64,000 nt of DNA from Chloroflexota bacterium (GTDB lineage: Bacteria; Chloroflexota; Dehalococcoidia; UBA2979): NCBI GenBank assembly GCA_947472995.1, contig CANJBO010000008.1:1538-65537 (forward strand). The letters are read 5' to 3'. Within the stretch, counting starts at the first letter, position 1. Every line of letters starts with the position of its first letter. Under the pieces are notes generated by a model. That model saw only the letters and a list, made by a program, of their open reading frames with translations. It was not told the DNA's origin and ran no database searches. Shown piece after piece: positions 36,784-45,469 of this stretch. A program made the translations under genes and the position numbers.

Positions 36784-37965
36784 CTAGCGCCGCGGGCGGA
36801 CGCGAGGCACGGCGATCGATCGAGGCCGGTCGACGCCGAGCATGATCGCGGCGAACTTCGGGAAGAACTCGTTCATCAGCACGACGAACGCGATCGAGAG
36901 CGCGCCGCCGACCAGGAACAGCGATCCGACGAGCCTCAGGTAGTCGTTCGCGACGAACGAGTCGGACACCCAGCGGTCCGAGAAGTACCCCACGAAGTAC
37001 GGCTTGTGCACGAGGTAGATCCCGAACGCGTACGGCGCGAGGGAGACGAACGGCGCGAGCAGCACGTGCCCGATCCTCGTCCGATCGATGGCGCGCAGGG
37101 CGGCGGGGTAGACCACGAACCCGCATGCCGCGAACAGGAAGACCGTCACACCGAAGTACGAGTTCGGGTAGCCGGCGCGCTCACCGATCAGCATGTACGC
37201 GACGGCGAACGCGATCATCGCGCCGGTGACGACGAGGATCGTGCGGCCATCGAAGCGCACGTTGCCCCTCGTGCGGCCCAGGTACAGCCCGAACGTGAAC
37301 GCGAACACCCAGACCATCGGGTTGCGGTACGCCATCGACCACCAGAAGCCGGTGAGCGGGTTCGCCTGGTACCACGCGATCGTCGCGAGGTTCACGAGGA
37401 ACGCCGCGACCACGATCCAGCGCAGTCGGCGGTCATCGACGTGGCGGAGCGGATAGCAGGCGGCGGTGAGCAGGAGCAGCACCAGCACGTAGTAGTACTG
37501 CCCCGCGATGTCGAAGAGCGCGAACGAGCGCATCATCTCCGGCGTCAGCTCGCCGCGCAGCCAGATCTCGAACAGCAGCGCGAGGATCATCCAGAACGCC
37601 AGCGGCACCGCGACGCGCCGGAGCCTCGACTGGATCAGCATCGAGAAGCTGGTGCTGCGGTCGCGCGTGCTCAGGAACCCGGACATGAACAGGAACACCG
37701 GCACGGCCGAGTTCGCGACGAGCAACGACGCGCGCAGGAACAGCACGTCGTTGTGCGGCACGTTCGCCCACGGATCGAAGTACGCGTGCAGGTACATCAC
37801 GAACAGGATCGCGATCCCGCGCAGCGCATCGAACTTGTCGATGCGCTCGACATGCCGTTGATCGGCCGGGGGCACCTCGGACGGACGGGTGACGGACAGG
37901 GGCAGCCTCTTTGCATTCGCGGAGCGCGCAGCAGCGATCGTAGGCACCACGCGCGGGGAGCGCAC
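36784..37965 (-). CDS. acyltransferase family 3 membrane protein (start uncertain)
   Basis: ...FDALRGIAILFVMYLHAYF..., about 10 TM. Several in-frame GTG codons lie downstream of the ATG. Confidence 0.78.
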   Translation of the reverse strand: MRSPRVVPTIAAARSANAKRLPLSVTRPSEVPPADQRHVERIDKFDALRGIAILFVMYLHAYFDPWANVPHNDVLFLRASLLVANSAVPVFLFMSGFLSTRDRSTSFSMLIQSRLRRVAVPLAFWMILALLFEIWLRGELTPEMMRSFALFDIAGQYYYVLVLLLLTAACYPLRHVDDRRLRWIVVAAFLVNLATIAWYQANPLTGFWWSMAYRNPMVWVFAFTFGLYLGRTRGNVRFDGRTILVVTGAMIAFAVAYMLIGERAGYPNSYFGVTVFLFAACGFVVYPAALRAIDRTRIGHVLLAPFVSLAPYAFGIYLVHKPYFVGYFSDRWVSDSFVANDYLRLVGSLFLVGGALSIAFVVLMNEFFPKFAAIMLGVDRPRSIAVPRVRPRR

Positions 37966-38020
37966 GCGCGCCGACCGCGTGTGCGCGCCGGTTGTGATGA
38001 CGTTGTTACCCGCGCCGCAT

Positions 38021-38791
38021 CTAACGGTCGATGTCGAGGATCAGCGGGGCGTGGTCGGAGGGCTTCGGTCCCTTGCGGAAGTCGCGGTCGATGCCGCACG
38101 TCTTCAGCGCCGCCGCGAGGTCCGGCGACAGCAGCGCGAGGTCGATGCGCAGCCCCAGCCCGCGGTGGAAGTCACCGCCGCGGTAGTCCCACCACGTGTA
38201 GTGCACGCCCTCCGGGTCGAGGTGGCGATAGGCGTCGACGACGCCGGCCTCGAGGATCGCGTGCAGCCGGCCGCGCTCGTCCGGCGTGACGTGCGTCGAG
38301 TGCGCGAACGCGGCCGGGCTGTACACGTCGATGTCGGCGGGCGCGATGTTGAAGTCGCCGGCGACCACCAGCGGCTGTCCCTCGAGGGCGCGGACGCGCG
38401 CGGCCATCGCCTCGAGGAACGTCAGCTTCGCGGCGAACATCGGGTCGTCCAGCGTCCGGCCGTTGATCACGTACACGCTCACGACGCGGATCCCGCCGAT
38501 CGTCGCCTCGATCCAGCGTGCTTCCTCGGCGAGCGGGGCGCCGGGGAGGCCGAGCTCGACGTCCGTGATCGCGGTGCCGTGCGGCGCGAGGATCGCGACG
38601 CCCGCCCACTGCCCCGCGCTGTGGTCGACGGCGGTGTAGCCCGCCTCCATGAACGCGCCGCGCGGGAAGGTGTCCGCGGTCGTCTTCGTCTCCTGCAGGC
38701 AGACGATGTCCGGGCGGTGCGTGTGCAGGAACTCCAGCACGCGCGGGATGCGCGCCTTCACCGAGTTCACGTTCCACGTGACGATCTTCAT
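38021..38791 (-). CDS. xthA: exodeoxyribonuclease III (AP endonuclease, EEP fold)
   Basis: MKIVTWNVNSVKARIPRVLEFL....PDIVCLQETK...GDFNIAP...WWDYR......GLRIDL...SDHAPL. Confidence 0.93.
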   Translation of the reverse strand: MKIVTWNVNSVKARIPRVLEFLHTHRPDIVCLQETKTTADTFPRGAFMEAGYTAVDHSAGQWAGVAILAPHGTAITDVELGLPGAPLAEEARWIEATIGGIRVVSVYVINGRTLDDPMFAAKLTFLEAMAARVRALEGQPLVVAGDFNIAPADIDVYSPAAFAHSTHVTPDERGRLHAILEAGVVDAYRHLDPEGVHYTWWDYRGGDFHRGLGLRIDLALLSPDLAAALKTCGIDRDFRKGPKPSDHAPLILDIDR

Positions 38792-38816
38792 CGGATCCTC
38801 GTACGCCGCGCGCCGG

Positions 38817-39320
38817 CTAGTCGGCGATCGTGGCGACGCTGCCGCGCACGCGCGGCGGGAACGGCGCGTGGTCGAGGAGGATCGAGAGCGACAGCGACCC
38901 CGCGCCGCCCGAGCGGATCGCGAGTCGCGGCACGACGACGAACGCGTCGTTGCCGATGTTCGTGATCGTGCCGGAGGTCACAACGCCGCCGCGCACCGTG
39001 CGCCCGTCAAGCGTCATCCCCCACGTGCCGTCCGTGATCAGGGCGCTCTCACCCGGCCCGGGCAGCTCGTTGTGCCGCACCGCGACCCACCAGCCGCCCG
39101 TCTCGTCCGCGCCGTCCACCGCGCCCTCGAACGCGCCGACGAAGATCGCCGCGCCGCACACGAACTGCGGGCACAGCTCCAGCCCGCCGACGGTGCCCGC
39201 GACACTGGTCGAGGCGGCGTGCGACGTCCCCGGCACACCGAGGAGCGCGACCAGCGCGACGAGCACCAGTGCGCCTCGACGCCACGCGGCGGCCACGTTG
39301 AACGGCAGTGGTCGTGTCAT
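38817..39320 (-). CDS. secreted hypothetical protein (signal peptide ...VPGTSHA-AS)
   Basis: 167 aa, cleavable-looking signal peptide, no recognised domain. Confidence 0.5.
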   Translation of the reverse strand: MTRPLPFNVAAAWRRGALVLVALVALLGVPGTSHAASTSVAGTVGGLELCPQFVCGAAIFVGAFEGAVDGADETGGWWVAVRHNELPGPGESALITDGTWGMTLDGRTVRGGVVTSGTITNIGNDAFVVVPRLAIRSGGAGSLSLSILLDHAPFPPRVRGSVATIAD

Positions 39321-39338
39321 GCGGACAGTGTACGGGGC

Positions 39339-39800
39339 CTAGTAGCCCGGCTTCAGCACCATCGCCGCGACGACCAGCATCAGGATCACCGTGTCGATGC
39401 GGGACACCAGCATCATCTGGTCGCCGAGCCGCTTCACCTCGGGGTGGTTCAGCCCGTGCTGCTCGACGAGCGCCTTCAGCTGCCCGCCCTTCGGAGTGAG
39501 GTAGCCCATGCCGAGGCCGGCGCTCACGAAGATGCCGAGGAACCCGAAGCTCACCCACGGCGCGGCGAACAGGCCGCCGATGATCGCCATGCCGATGCCG
39601 GCGAGCAGCACGACCACGGACATCGGCGCGAAGAACTTCTTGCCGAGCGCCTCGCTCCGTCCGAGCAGGTTCGCCATCTCGGTGGCGTTGCCGCTGTTTC
39701 GCGCCTGCTGGATCAGCATGAGGAGCATGATCCCGCCGCCGATCCAGCCGATCGCGGCAGCGATGTGGATGAACTTGAGGATCGTGTACGCGCTCAACAT
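39339..39800 (-). CDS. DUF2269-like integral membrane protein (4 TM)
   Basis: MLSAYTILKFIHIAAAIGWIGGG.... GGAGGAG upstream. Family call from memory of the N-terminal pattern. Confidence 0.6.
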   Translation of the reverse strand: MLSAYTILKFIHIAAAIGWIGGGIMLLMLIQQARNSGNATEMANLLGRSEALGKKFFAPMSVVVLLAGIGMAIIGGLFAAPWVSFGFLGIFVSAGLGMGYLTPKGGQLKALVEQHGLNHPEVKRLGDQMMLVSRIDTVILMLVVAAMVLKPGY

Positions 39801-39876
39801 CCGTGGCTCCTCCGCCTTGAGCGCGGGAGACCCGCGCGGGTTCTGCGCCGCCTGGCGCCATAGTGACTGTCCGGGC

Positions 39877-42441
39877 TCAGGATCGCACGATCAAGCGGCC
39901 CTCGGGCACCCGCTCGCCGGAGGCGCCGCTGCGGACCACCGTGTTGCCGCTGGCCGCGTCACGGTCGAGGACCACGAGGTCCTCGATGCGCTCGCGGAGC
40001 GCCGGGACGTGGCTCACGATGACGACCAGCCGGTCGCCGGCGTCCGTCACGAGGCGCTCGATGCCCTCCATCGCCAGGTCGAGGTGCTCCTCGTCGAGGC
40101 TGCCGAAGCCCTCGTCGAGGAAGAACGCGTCGAGGCGCCCGCCGCCCTGCGTCACCATGTCCGCGAGCGCCAGCGCGAGTGATAGCGACGCGAGGAAGCT
40201 CTCGCCGCCCGAGAGCGTGGCGCTGCGTCGAGGGCGCTCCGCAGCGGTGAGGTCGATCACGTCGAACGAGCCGTCGTCGGCGAAGCGATAGCGCCCGCGC
40301 GAGAGCCGCTCGAACCACTCGCTGCCGATCTCGCCAAGCGAGGTGCGCTCGTCCTCCAGCAGGTAGTTGAGGAAGTTCCGCGGTTGCAGGTCCACCGCCA
40401 GCCGCGCGTACACGGCGCGGCGTGCCTCGATCGCGGCGGCGTGCGCCTCGGCGTCCGCGGCGTCGAGGATGCGGCGCTCGTCCTCCGCGATCAGCGCGTC
40501 GAGCACGGCGACGCGCTGCTTCACCTCGCCGGCGGCGTCCTCGAACGACGTGCCCTCCGGTACCCCCGCCGAGGTCAGGGCGGCGGCGCGGCGACCCGCG
40601 GCGGCGTCGGCGGCGATGGTGGCGACACGCGCCGTCTCCGTCGCGGCGGCGTGCGCAGCGCCCCACCCCTTGCGAACACCCTCGAGGAGCGCGCGCACGG
40701 CCTTCGGGGACTCGTCCTCCGCGACCTCGACGCCCAGCGTGGCCGCGACGACCGCGAGCCGCGTGCGGAGCGAGGTCAGCGCGCTGCGTCCGCCCTCGTA
40801 GGTCGCGGTCGCGGCGGCCTCCGCCTCGCGTGCCGCGAGCGCAGCCTTCGAGGCCGCCTGCCACGCCGCGTCCGCCGCCGTCAGCGCGCTGCGGAGCGTC
40901 GCGAGGCGTTTCGCCGCGTCGCCCGCGCCGAGCAGATCGCGCACCTGCGCGTCGCACGAGGTCAGCGCGGCGGCGGCGAGGGCGAGTGCGGCGTCCTCGG
41001 CAGCGAGCGCGGCGGTCGCCGCCTCGACTTGCGTCGTGGCGTTCGCGGTGGTTGCGGCGGCGCGCGTGGCGGCCTCGCGCGCGCCCTTCGCGACGCTGTC
41101 GGCCGCCTGGAGCGCGGTCTGCGCGGTCGCGCGGGCCGCGTGCGCGCGGTCGAGGTCGGGCGAGGCCTCGCCGGGGGGCATCTTCGCGATCTTGCGTCCG
41201 CAGACGGGGCACGGATCGCCCGCCGTGATCCCCTCGCGGAGCGTGATCGCGAAGTCGAGGCGCTCCGCGTCGTGCAGCGCGCCATCCGCGGCGGCGACGG
41301 CAGCCTCGGCGGCGGTCAGCGCCTGCTCGGCGTGCTTCGCCTCGGCGGTCGTCTGCTTCGCGGCGGCCTGTGCGTCCTTCGTCGCCGCCTGCGCGGCGTC
41401 GAGGGCGGCTCGGGCGGCCTCGCGGCGGGTCGCGCGTTCCTCGTGCGTCTGGCGCGCGTGGGTCTGCGCCTGCAGCGCCGCTGCGGCGGCTTCGAGGCGC
41501 TCCGGACCGCCGCCGTCGGCCAGCGCGCGCTCGCGCGTCGTGCGTGCGCCCGCCTCGGCGGCCTCGGCCTGCTCGCGGGCCTGTCGTGTCGAGGCGACCT
41601 CTCCGGCGAGCGTGTCGAGGCCGTCGATGGTGCGGTCGCTCGCCGCAGGCGCCGGCAGCCCCGCACGCAACGCGTCGAGCTCTGCGATCCGCTGCTGCGC
41701 GGCGATCACCTGCTCGCGTGCGTCGCGCTCGGACTGCGTGTGCTCCTCGATCGCCGGGCGGAGCGCCTCGAGCGCCGCGTGGCGCCGCGCGTGCGTGTCG
41801 CGCTCGGTGCGCCGCTCGCCGACCCGAGCGCGCGCGGCGAGGGCGTCCGCGACGCGGCCCTCGATCGCCTTCGCCTCGGCGTTCGCGTCCTGCACGCGCT
41901 CCTTCGCGACGTCCTGCATCGCCGTCACGCGATCGAGGTTGAAGACGCCCTGCAGCACCTTGTCGCGGTCGGTGGGCGTGGCGTTCAGGAATTCGGCGAA
42001 GCGGTTCTGCGCCAGCAGCACCGACCGCTGGAACGCCGCGAAGTCGAGGCCCAGCAGTTGCTCGATGCGGTCCGTCACCGCCTTCTGGCCGCTGACCCCG
42101 GCGCCTCGGTCGGCCTCGCCGGTCGTCTCGTCGAAGGGGTACAGGACGTGGTTGCCCTGCCCGACGCGCTTGATCGCGCGCACCACCTGCCACGTCTGCC
42201 CCTCGACGCGGAACGTCAGCTGCACCTGCGCGAGCGCCTGCCGCTGGTTGATCAGCGCGCTCGTGTTCCCCGCGAACGTCGGCGTCTTGCCGTACAGCGC
42301 GAACGCGATCGCGTCGAGGATGCTCGACTTCCCGCTGCCGATCGGCCCGACGATCCCGACGAGGTGGCGGTCGCGCCAGTCGAAGCGCGTCTCCGTGGCG
42401 TACGAGCGGAAGCCGTTGATCGTCAGGTCAAGCGGTCGCAT
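39877..42441 (-). CDS. sbcC: SbcC/Rad50-family SMC-like ATPase (854 aa)
   Basis: Internal ATG: MRPLDLTINGFRSYATETRFDW...IVGPIGSGKSSILDAIAFALYG (Walker A). Ala-rich coiled coil with CPVCG zinc hook. LSGGESFLASLSLALALAD signature, AFFLDEGFGSLD Walker B, VVIVSHV. Confidence 0.9.
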   Translation of the reverse strand: MRPLDLTINGFRSYATETRFDWRDRHLVGIVGPIGSGKSSILDAIAFALYGKTPTFAGNTSALINQRQALAQVQLTFRVEGQTWQVVRAIKRVGQGNHVLYPFDETTGEADRGAGVSGQKAVTDRIEQLLGLDFAAFQRSVLLAQNRFAEFLNATPTDRDKVLQGVFNLDRVTAMQDVAKERVQDANAEAKAIEGRVADALAARARVGERRTERDTHARRHAALEALRPAIEEHTQSERDAREQVIAAQQRIAELDALRAGLPAPAASDRTIDGLDTLAGEVASTRQAREQAEAAEAGARTTRERALADGGGPERLEAAAAALQAQTHARQTHEERATRREAARAALDAAQAATKDAQAAAKQTTAEAKHAEQALTAAEAAVAAADGALHDAERLDFAITLREGITAGDPCPVCGRKIAKMPPGEASPDLDRAHAARATAQTALQAADSVAKGAREAATRAAATTANATTQVEAATAALAAEDAALALAAAALTSCDAQVRDLLGAGDAAKRLATLRSALTAADAAWQAASKAALAAREAEAAATATYEGGRSALTSLRTRLAVVAATLGVEVAEDESPKAVRALLEGVRKGWGAAHAAATETARVATIAADAAAGRRAAALTSAGVPEGTSFEDAAGEVKQRVAVLDALIAEDERRILDAADAEAHAAAIEARRAVYARLAVDLQPRNFLNYLLEDERTSLGEIGSEWFERLSRGRYRFADDGSFDVIDLTAAERPRRSATLSGGESFLASLSLALALADMVTQGGGRLDAFFLDEGFGSLDEEHLDLAMEGIERLVTDAGDRLVVIVSHVPALRERIEDLVVLDRDAASGNTVVRSGASGERVPEGRLIVRS

Positions 42442-43603
42442 CGACGACCTCTTCGTGCAGCGCGCTGAACGCGGCGCGGACGGCGTCGCTCGGCGGCTCG
42501 CCGTGCTCGCGCTCGTGGTACTCGCCGTACAGCTCGTCCCACGACCGGCCCGCACGCCCGGCGGCGCGCTCCGTCGCCCGGGGGTGGTCCGCGCGCACGC
42601 GCACGAGGCGCGGGAACGTCTCCGCGGCGAGTGAGGCGAGCGCGGGATCAGGCCCCGTCGTCGTCACCGAGAGGTCGAGGTACGCGTCCGCCAGCTCCTC
42701 GCGCCGGGCGAGCAGCTCGTCCCAGGTGCCCTCGGCGCGCACGAGCGGGATGCGCGTCGGCGCGACGAGCGGCACCGAGGTCACGCGCGCGGCGACGCGC
42801 GGCTCGACGTCGACGATCACGACGCGCTTCTGCTCGCCGGCCTCGCCGAAGTCGAGCGGCAGCAGCGAACCGGCGTACTCGGCGGGGCCGGGCGCGCCCG
42901 GGACGCGCTGCGGGTCGTGGATGTGCCCCATCGCGAGGTACTGCGCGCCGGGCGGCAGTCCCGCGGGGTCGATGGTGTAGGTGTCGCCCATATGCAGCTC
43001 GCGCTCGCCGCGGCCGTGCTCGCGCCCGCGCACCACCGCGCCGTTCACCGTGGCGTGGGCGACGAGGATCGTCACGGCGTCCTCGGCCTCGGCGTCGAGG
43101 GCGTCGCCCATCGCGCGGAAGATGCCGGTGAGGCGGTCCTTGTACTCGCCGTACCACGCGCCGGACTCCGCCATGAAGTCGACGACGCGCCCCTCGCGCA
43201 GGAACGGGACGCAGGCGACCGCGGCGCGCCCGCCCGGCGTGTCGAGGTGCAGCACCCCGCCGCTCTCCGGCCGCTGGATGCGGCCGACCAGATGCACCCC
43301 CAGCGGTCGCACCAGCGGCGCGAGGACCTCGAACAGCTCGCCGGAGTCGTGGTTGCCGGCGATCGCGACGACCGCGCGCCGGCCCCCGTCGGCTAGGCGC
43401 ACGAGCGCGCCGATGCCGTCGCCGAGCGCGTCCGTCGGTGGCGTCGCGCGGTCCCAGAGGTCGCCCGACACGATCACGAGGTCCACGGCGCGGTCGTCGG
43501 CGATCGCGCACACCTCGTCCAGCGCGTCGCGGAACTCGGGCGCGCGGTCGTAGCGGCCGAGGCGCTTGCCGATGTGCCAGTCGGAGGTGTGGAGGATGCG
43601 CAC
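42428..43603 (-). CDS. sbcD: SbcD/Mre11-family nuclease
   Basis: MRILHTSDWHIGK, VSGDLWD, IAGNHD, LVAHATV, AMGHIHDPQ (phosphoesterase motifs I-V). 14-nt overlap with the sbcC start. Confidence 0.92.
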   Translation of the reverse strand: MRILHTSDWHIGKRLGRYDRAPEFRDALDEVCAIADDRAVDLVIVSGDLWDRATPPTDALGDGIGALVRLADGGRRAVVAIAGNHDSGELFEVLAPLVRPLGVHLVGRIQRPESGGVLHLDTPGGRAAVACVPFLREGRVVDFMAESGAWYGEYKDRLTGIFRAMGDALDAEAEDAVTILVAHATVNGAVVRGREHGRGERELHMGDTYTIDPAGLPPGAQYLAMGHIHDPQRVPGAPGPAEYAGSLLPLDFGEAGEQKRVVIVDVEPRVAARVTSVPLVAPTRIPLVRAEGTWDELLARREELADAYLDLSVTTTGPDPALASLAAETFPRLVRVRADHPRATERAAGRAGRSWDELYGEYHEREHGEPPSDAVRAAFSALHEEVVDATA

Positions 43604-43612
43604 GGCGGCCGC

Positions 43613-45469
43613 CTACACCAGCCCGCGGAACGGGTCGAGGTCGGCGTCGCGGCGCACCTCGTCGGCGCGGGTGGCCCACGGCACGCGCGGGAAGTTGAGG
43701 ACGATCGGCACGGGCACGGCCGGCTGGCCGAGCACCATCGTGCCGGGCTTCAGCAGCCGCGCGCGCGCCTTTGTCGAGGGCAGCATCCACCCGTACTCGG
43801 CGCGGTCGGACTCGGCGGCGTCGAGGCGCCCGGTGACGCGGATCGAGGCGTTCTCCAGCACGTCGGGCGCCACGCGCGACGCGCTCTGCTGCGCGCCGAT
43901 CATCAGCACGCCCAGCGAGCGCCCGCGCTGCGCGATGTCGATCAGCATCTCCTTGAGGGGACTCTGCCCCTCGCGCGGCGCGTACTTGTTCAGCTCGTCG
44001 AGGACGACGATCGAGAGCGGCCAGCGCTGGCCGGTCTCCTCCTTCTCGCGGAACGTCTCGCGCAGCAGCGCGCCGACGACGAAGCGCTGCGCCAGCTCGT
44101 GCAGGTTCTGGATCGCGACCACGCTCACCGTGGCAGCGCGACGGTCGATGCGGTGGCTGTCGCCGTCCCGCACGAGGTGCCCGAGCCGCGTGTCCATCGA
44201 CGCGGCGTGGAGGCGGCGCATGAACGCGCTGACCGTGCCGCCCTGTACGCGCCCGGTCCAGGCGTAGTCCGGTTCCGCCCCGTCCTCCGGCTCGAGGTGC
44301 TCGCCGATCTCGTCGGCGAGGTCGCGCAGCGTGCGGATCACGCGCTCCTGCGCGCGCGAGTGGACGGCACGCTGGCCGCCCTCGCGGTCGTTGGTGTCGC
44401 GCAGCACCACCGCGCCTGGCGCGCCGAGGACGTCCACGGCGAGACGCTTCAGCTGCGAGCGCACGCGCTCCTCGACGAACGGGAGCTGGTTGCGGTTGTC
44501 GGTTGCGTCCGTGAAGACGAACTGCAGCAGGTCCTCGTCGATGAACTCGCGGGGCGTCCAGTGGAACGCGGCGATGCCGTCCGAGCGTCCGCTGACGTCC
44601 GGCATCAGCACGTCGCCGGCGTGCGCCCTCGGCGGCGCCCAGTAGGCCACGGTCGGCTGTCCCGGCGCGGTGGGTCGAGGCGCGCGCGTCCCCGGCGTCG
44701 CGAGCGCGAACGGCGTGGGCTCGACGCCGAGCCGGCGCCACGAGGCGGCATCGACGTCGGTGAACTCGGTGCCGGGGCGGTCCAGCCAGAGGAGGTCCTC
44801 GCCCTTCACGTTGAAGACGAGGACGCGCGTGTTCGCCGCGGACGGCCCCATCAGCTCGGGGTGGCCGGTGAGCAGGCGCACGAAGAAGAACGCGAAGGTC
44901 GTCTTCGTCGCGACACCGGAGACACCGGCGATCGACATGTGACCGCCCTTGGTGCCGTCGAAGAAGTCGAGGTCCACGTACACCGGCTCGCCGTCGCGCC
45001 CGCGGCCGACCGCGAGCGGGCGGCGCATCTCGTCGGCGTAGAGCGCGCGGTCACGCTCGATGCCGCGCGCGCGGAACACCTCGGCGCCGGGGTCGGGGGC
45101 GACCCACATCTCGGGGTCGACGCGCGTCACGGCGATGCGCGCGCTGCGCACCTTCGCCGCCGGCTGCAGCCCGCCCGCCATCACGCCGCCCTCGACGTAG
45201 TCGCCCGCGATGCGGTGCACGTCCGACTCGTACGAGGCGCCCTCGTACGTTGCTTCGCTCTCGATGACGACGCCGTACGTGCTCAGCGTGCCGACGCCCG
45301 GCACCTCCGTGAACACGACGACGAGGTCGTCCACCGCTAGGTACGCCCGCTCGTCGAGGACGACGCGGAACTCCTGCGAGGTCGTGTGGCCGATGCCGAT
45401 CACGCGCCCGACGCGCTCGCTGGTTTGCACGTCGAGCTGGGTGTCCGGGTTCTCCTGCGTCGCGGTCAT
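43613..45469 (-). CDS. herA: HerA-like (DUF87/FtsK-HerA superfamily) ATPase with N-terminal HAS-barrel-like domain
   Basis: 618 aa. VGRVIGIGHTTSQEFRVVLDE...DDLVVV barrel region, P-loop-like IAGVSGVATKT, Walker B LSIVVLDELNKYAP, ...GRSLGVLMIGAQQ. Stop lies 9 nt before the sbcD start. Confidence 0.75.
   Translation of the reverse strand: MTATQENPDTQLDVQTSERVGRVIGIGHTTSQEFRVVLDERAYLAVDDLVVVFTEVPGVGTLSTYGVVIESEATYEGASYESDVHRIAGDYVEGGVMAGGLQPAAKVRSARIAVTRVDPEMWVAPDPGAEVFRARGIERDRALYADEMRRPLAVGRGRDGEPVYVDLDFFDGTKGGHMSIAGVSGVATKTTFAFFFVRLLTGHPELMGPSAANTRVLVFNVKGEDLLWLDRPGTEFTDVDAASWRRLGVEPTPFALATPGTRAPRPTAPGQPTVAYWAPPRAHAGDVLMPDVSGRSDGIAAFHWTPREFIDEDLLQFVFTDATDNRNQLPFVEERVRSQLKRLAVDVLGAPGAVVLRDTNDREGGQRAVHSRAQERVIRTLRDLADEIGEHLEPEDGAEPDYAWTGRVQGGTVSAFMRRLHAASMDTRLGHLVRDGDSHRIDRRAATVSVVAIQNLHELAQRFVVGALLRETFREKEETGQRWPLSIVVLDELNKYAPREGQSPLKEMLIDIAQRGRSLGVLMIGAQQSASRVAPDVLENASIRVTGRLDAAESDRAEYGWMLPSTKARARLLKPGTMVLGQPAVPVPIVLNFPRVPWATRADEVRRDADLDPFRGLV

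Noticed and set aside
39959-44741. Long alternative-frame ORFs over the sbcC/sbcD/herA region (39959-42193 minus, 40384-42468 plus, 41036-42634 plus, 42648-44741 minus, 43574-45340 plus)
   Set aside because: All are extreme Arg/Ala/Gly/Pro compositions without motifs. The frames chosen for sbcC, sbcD and herA carry complete catalytic motif sets.
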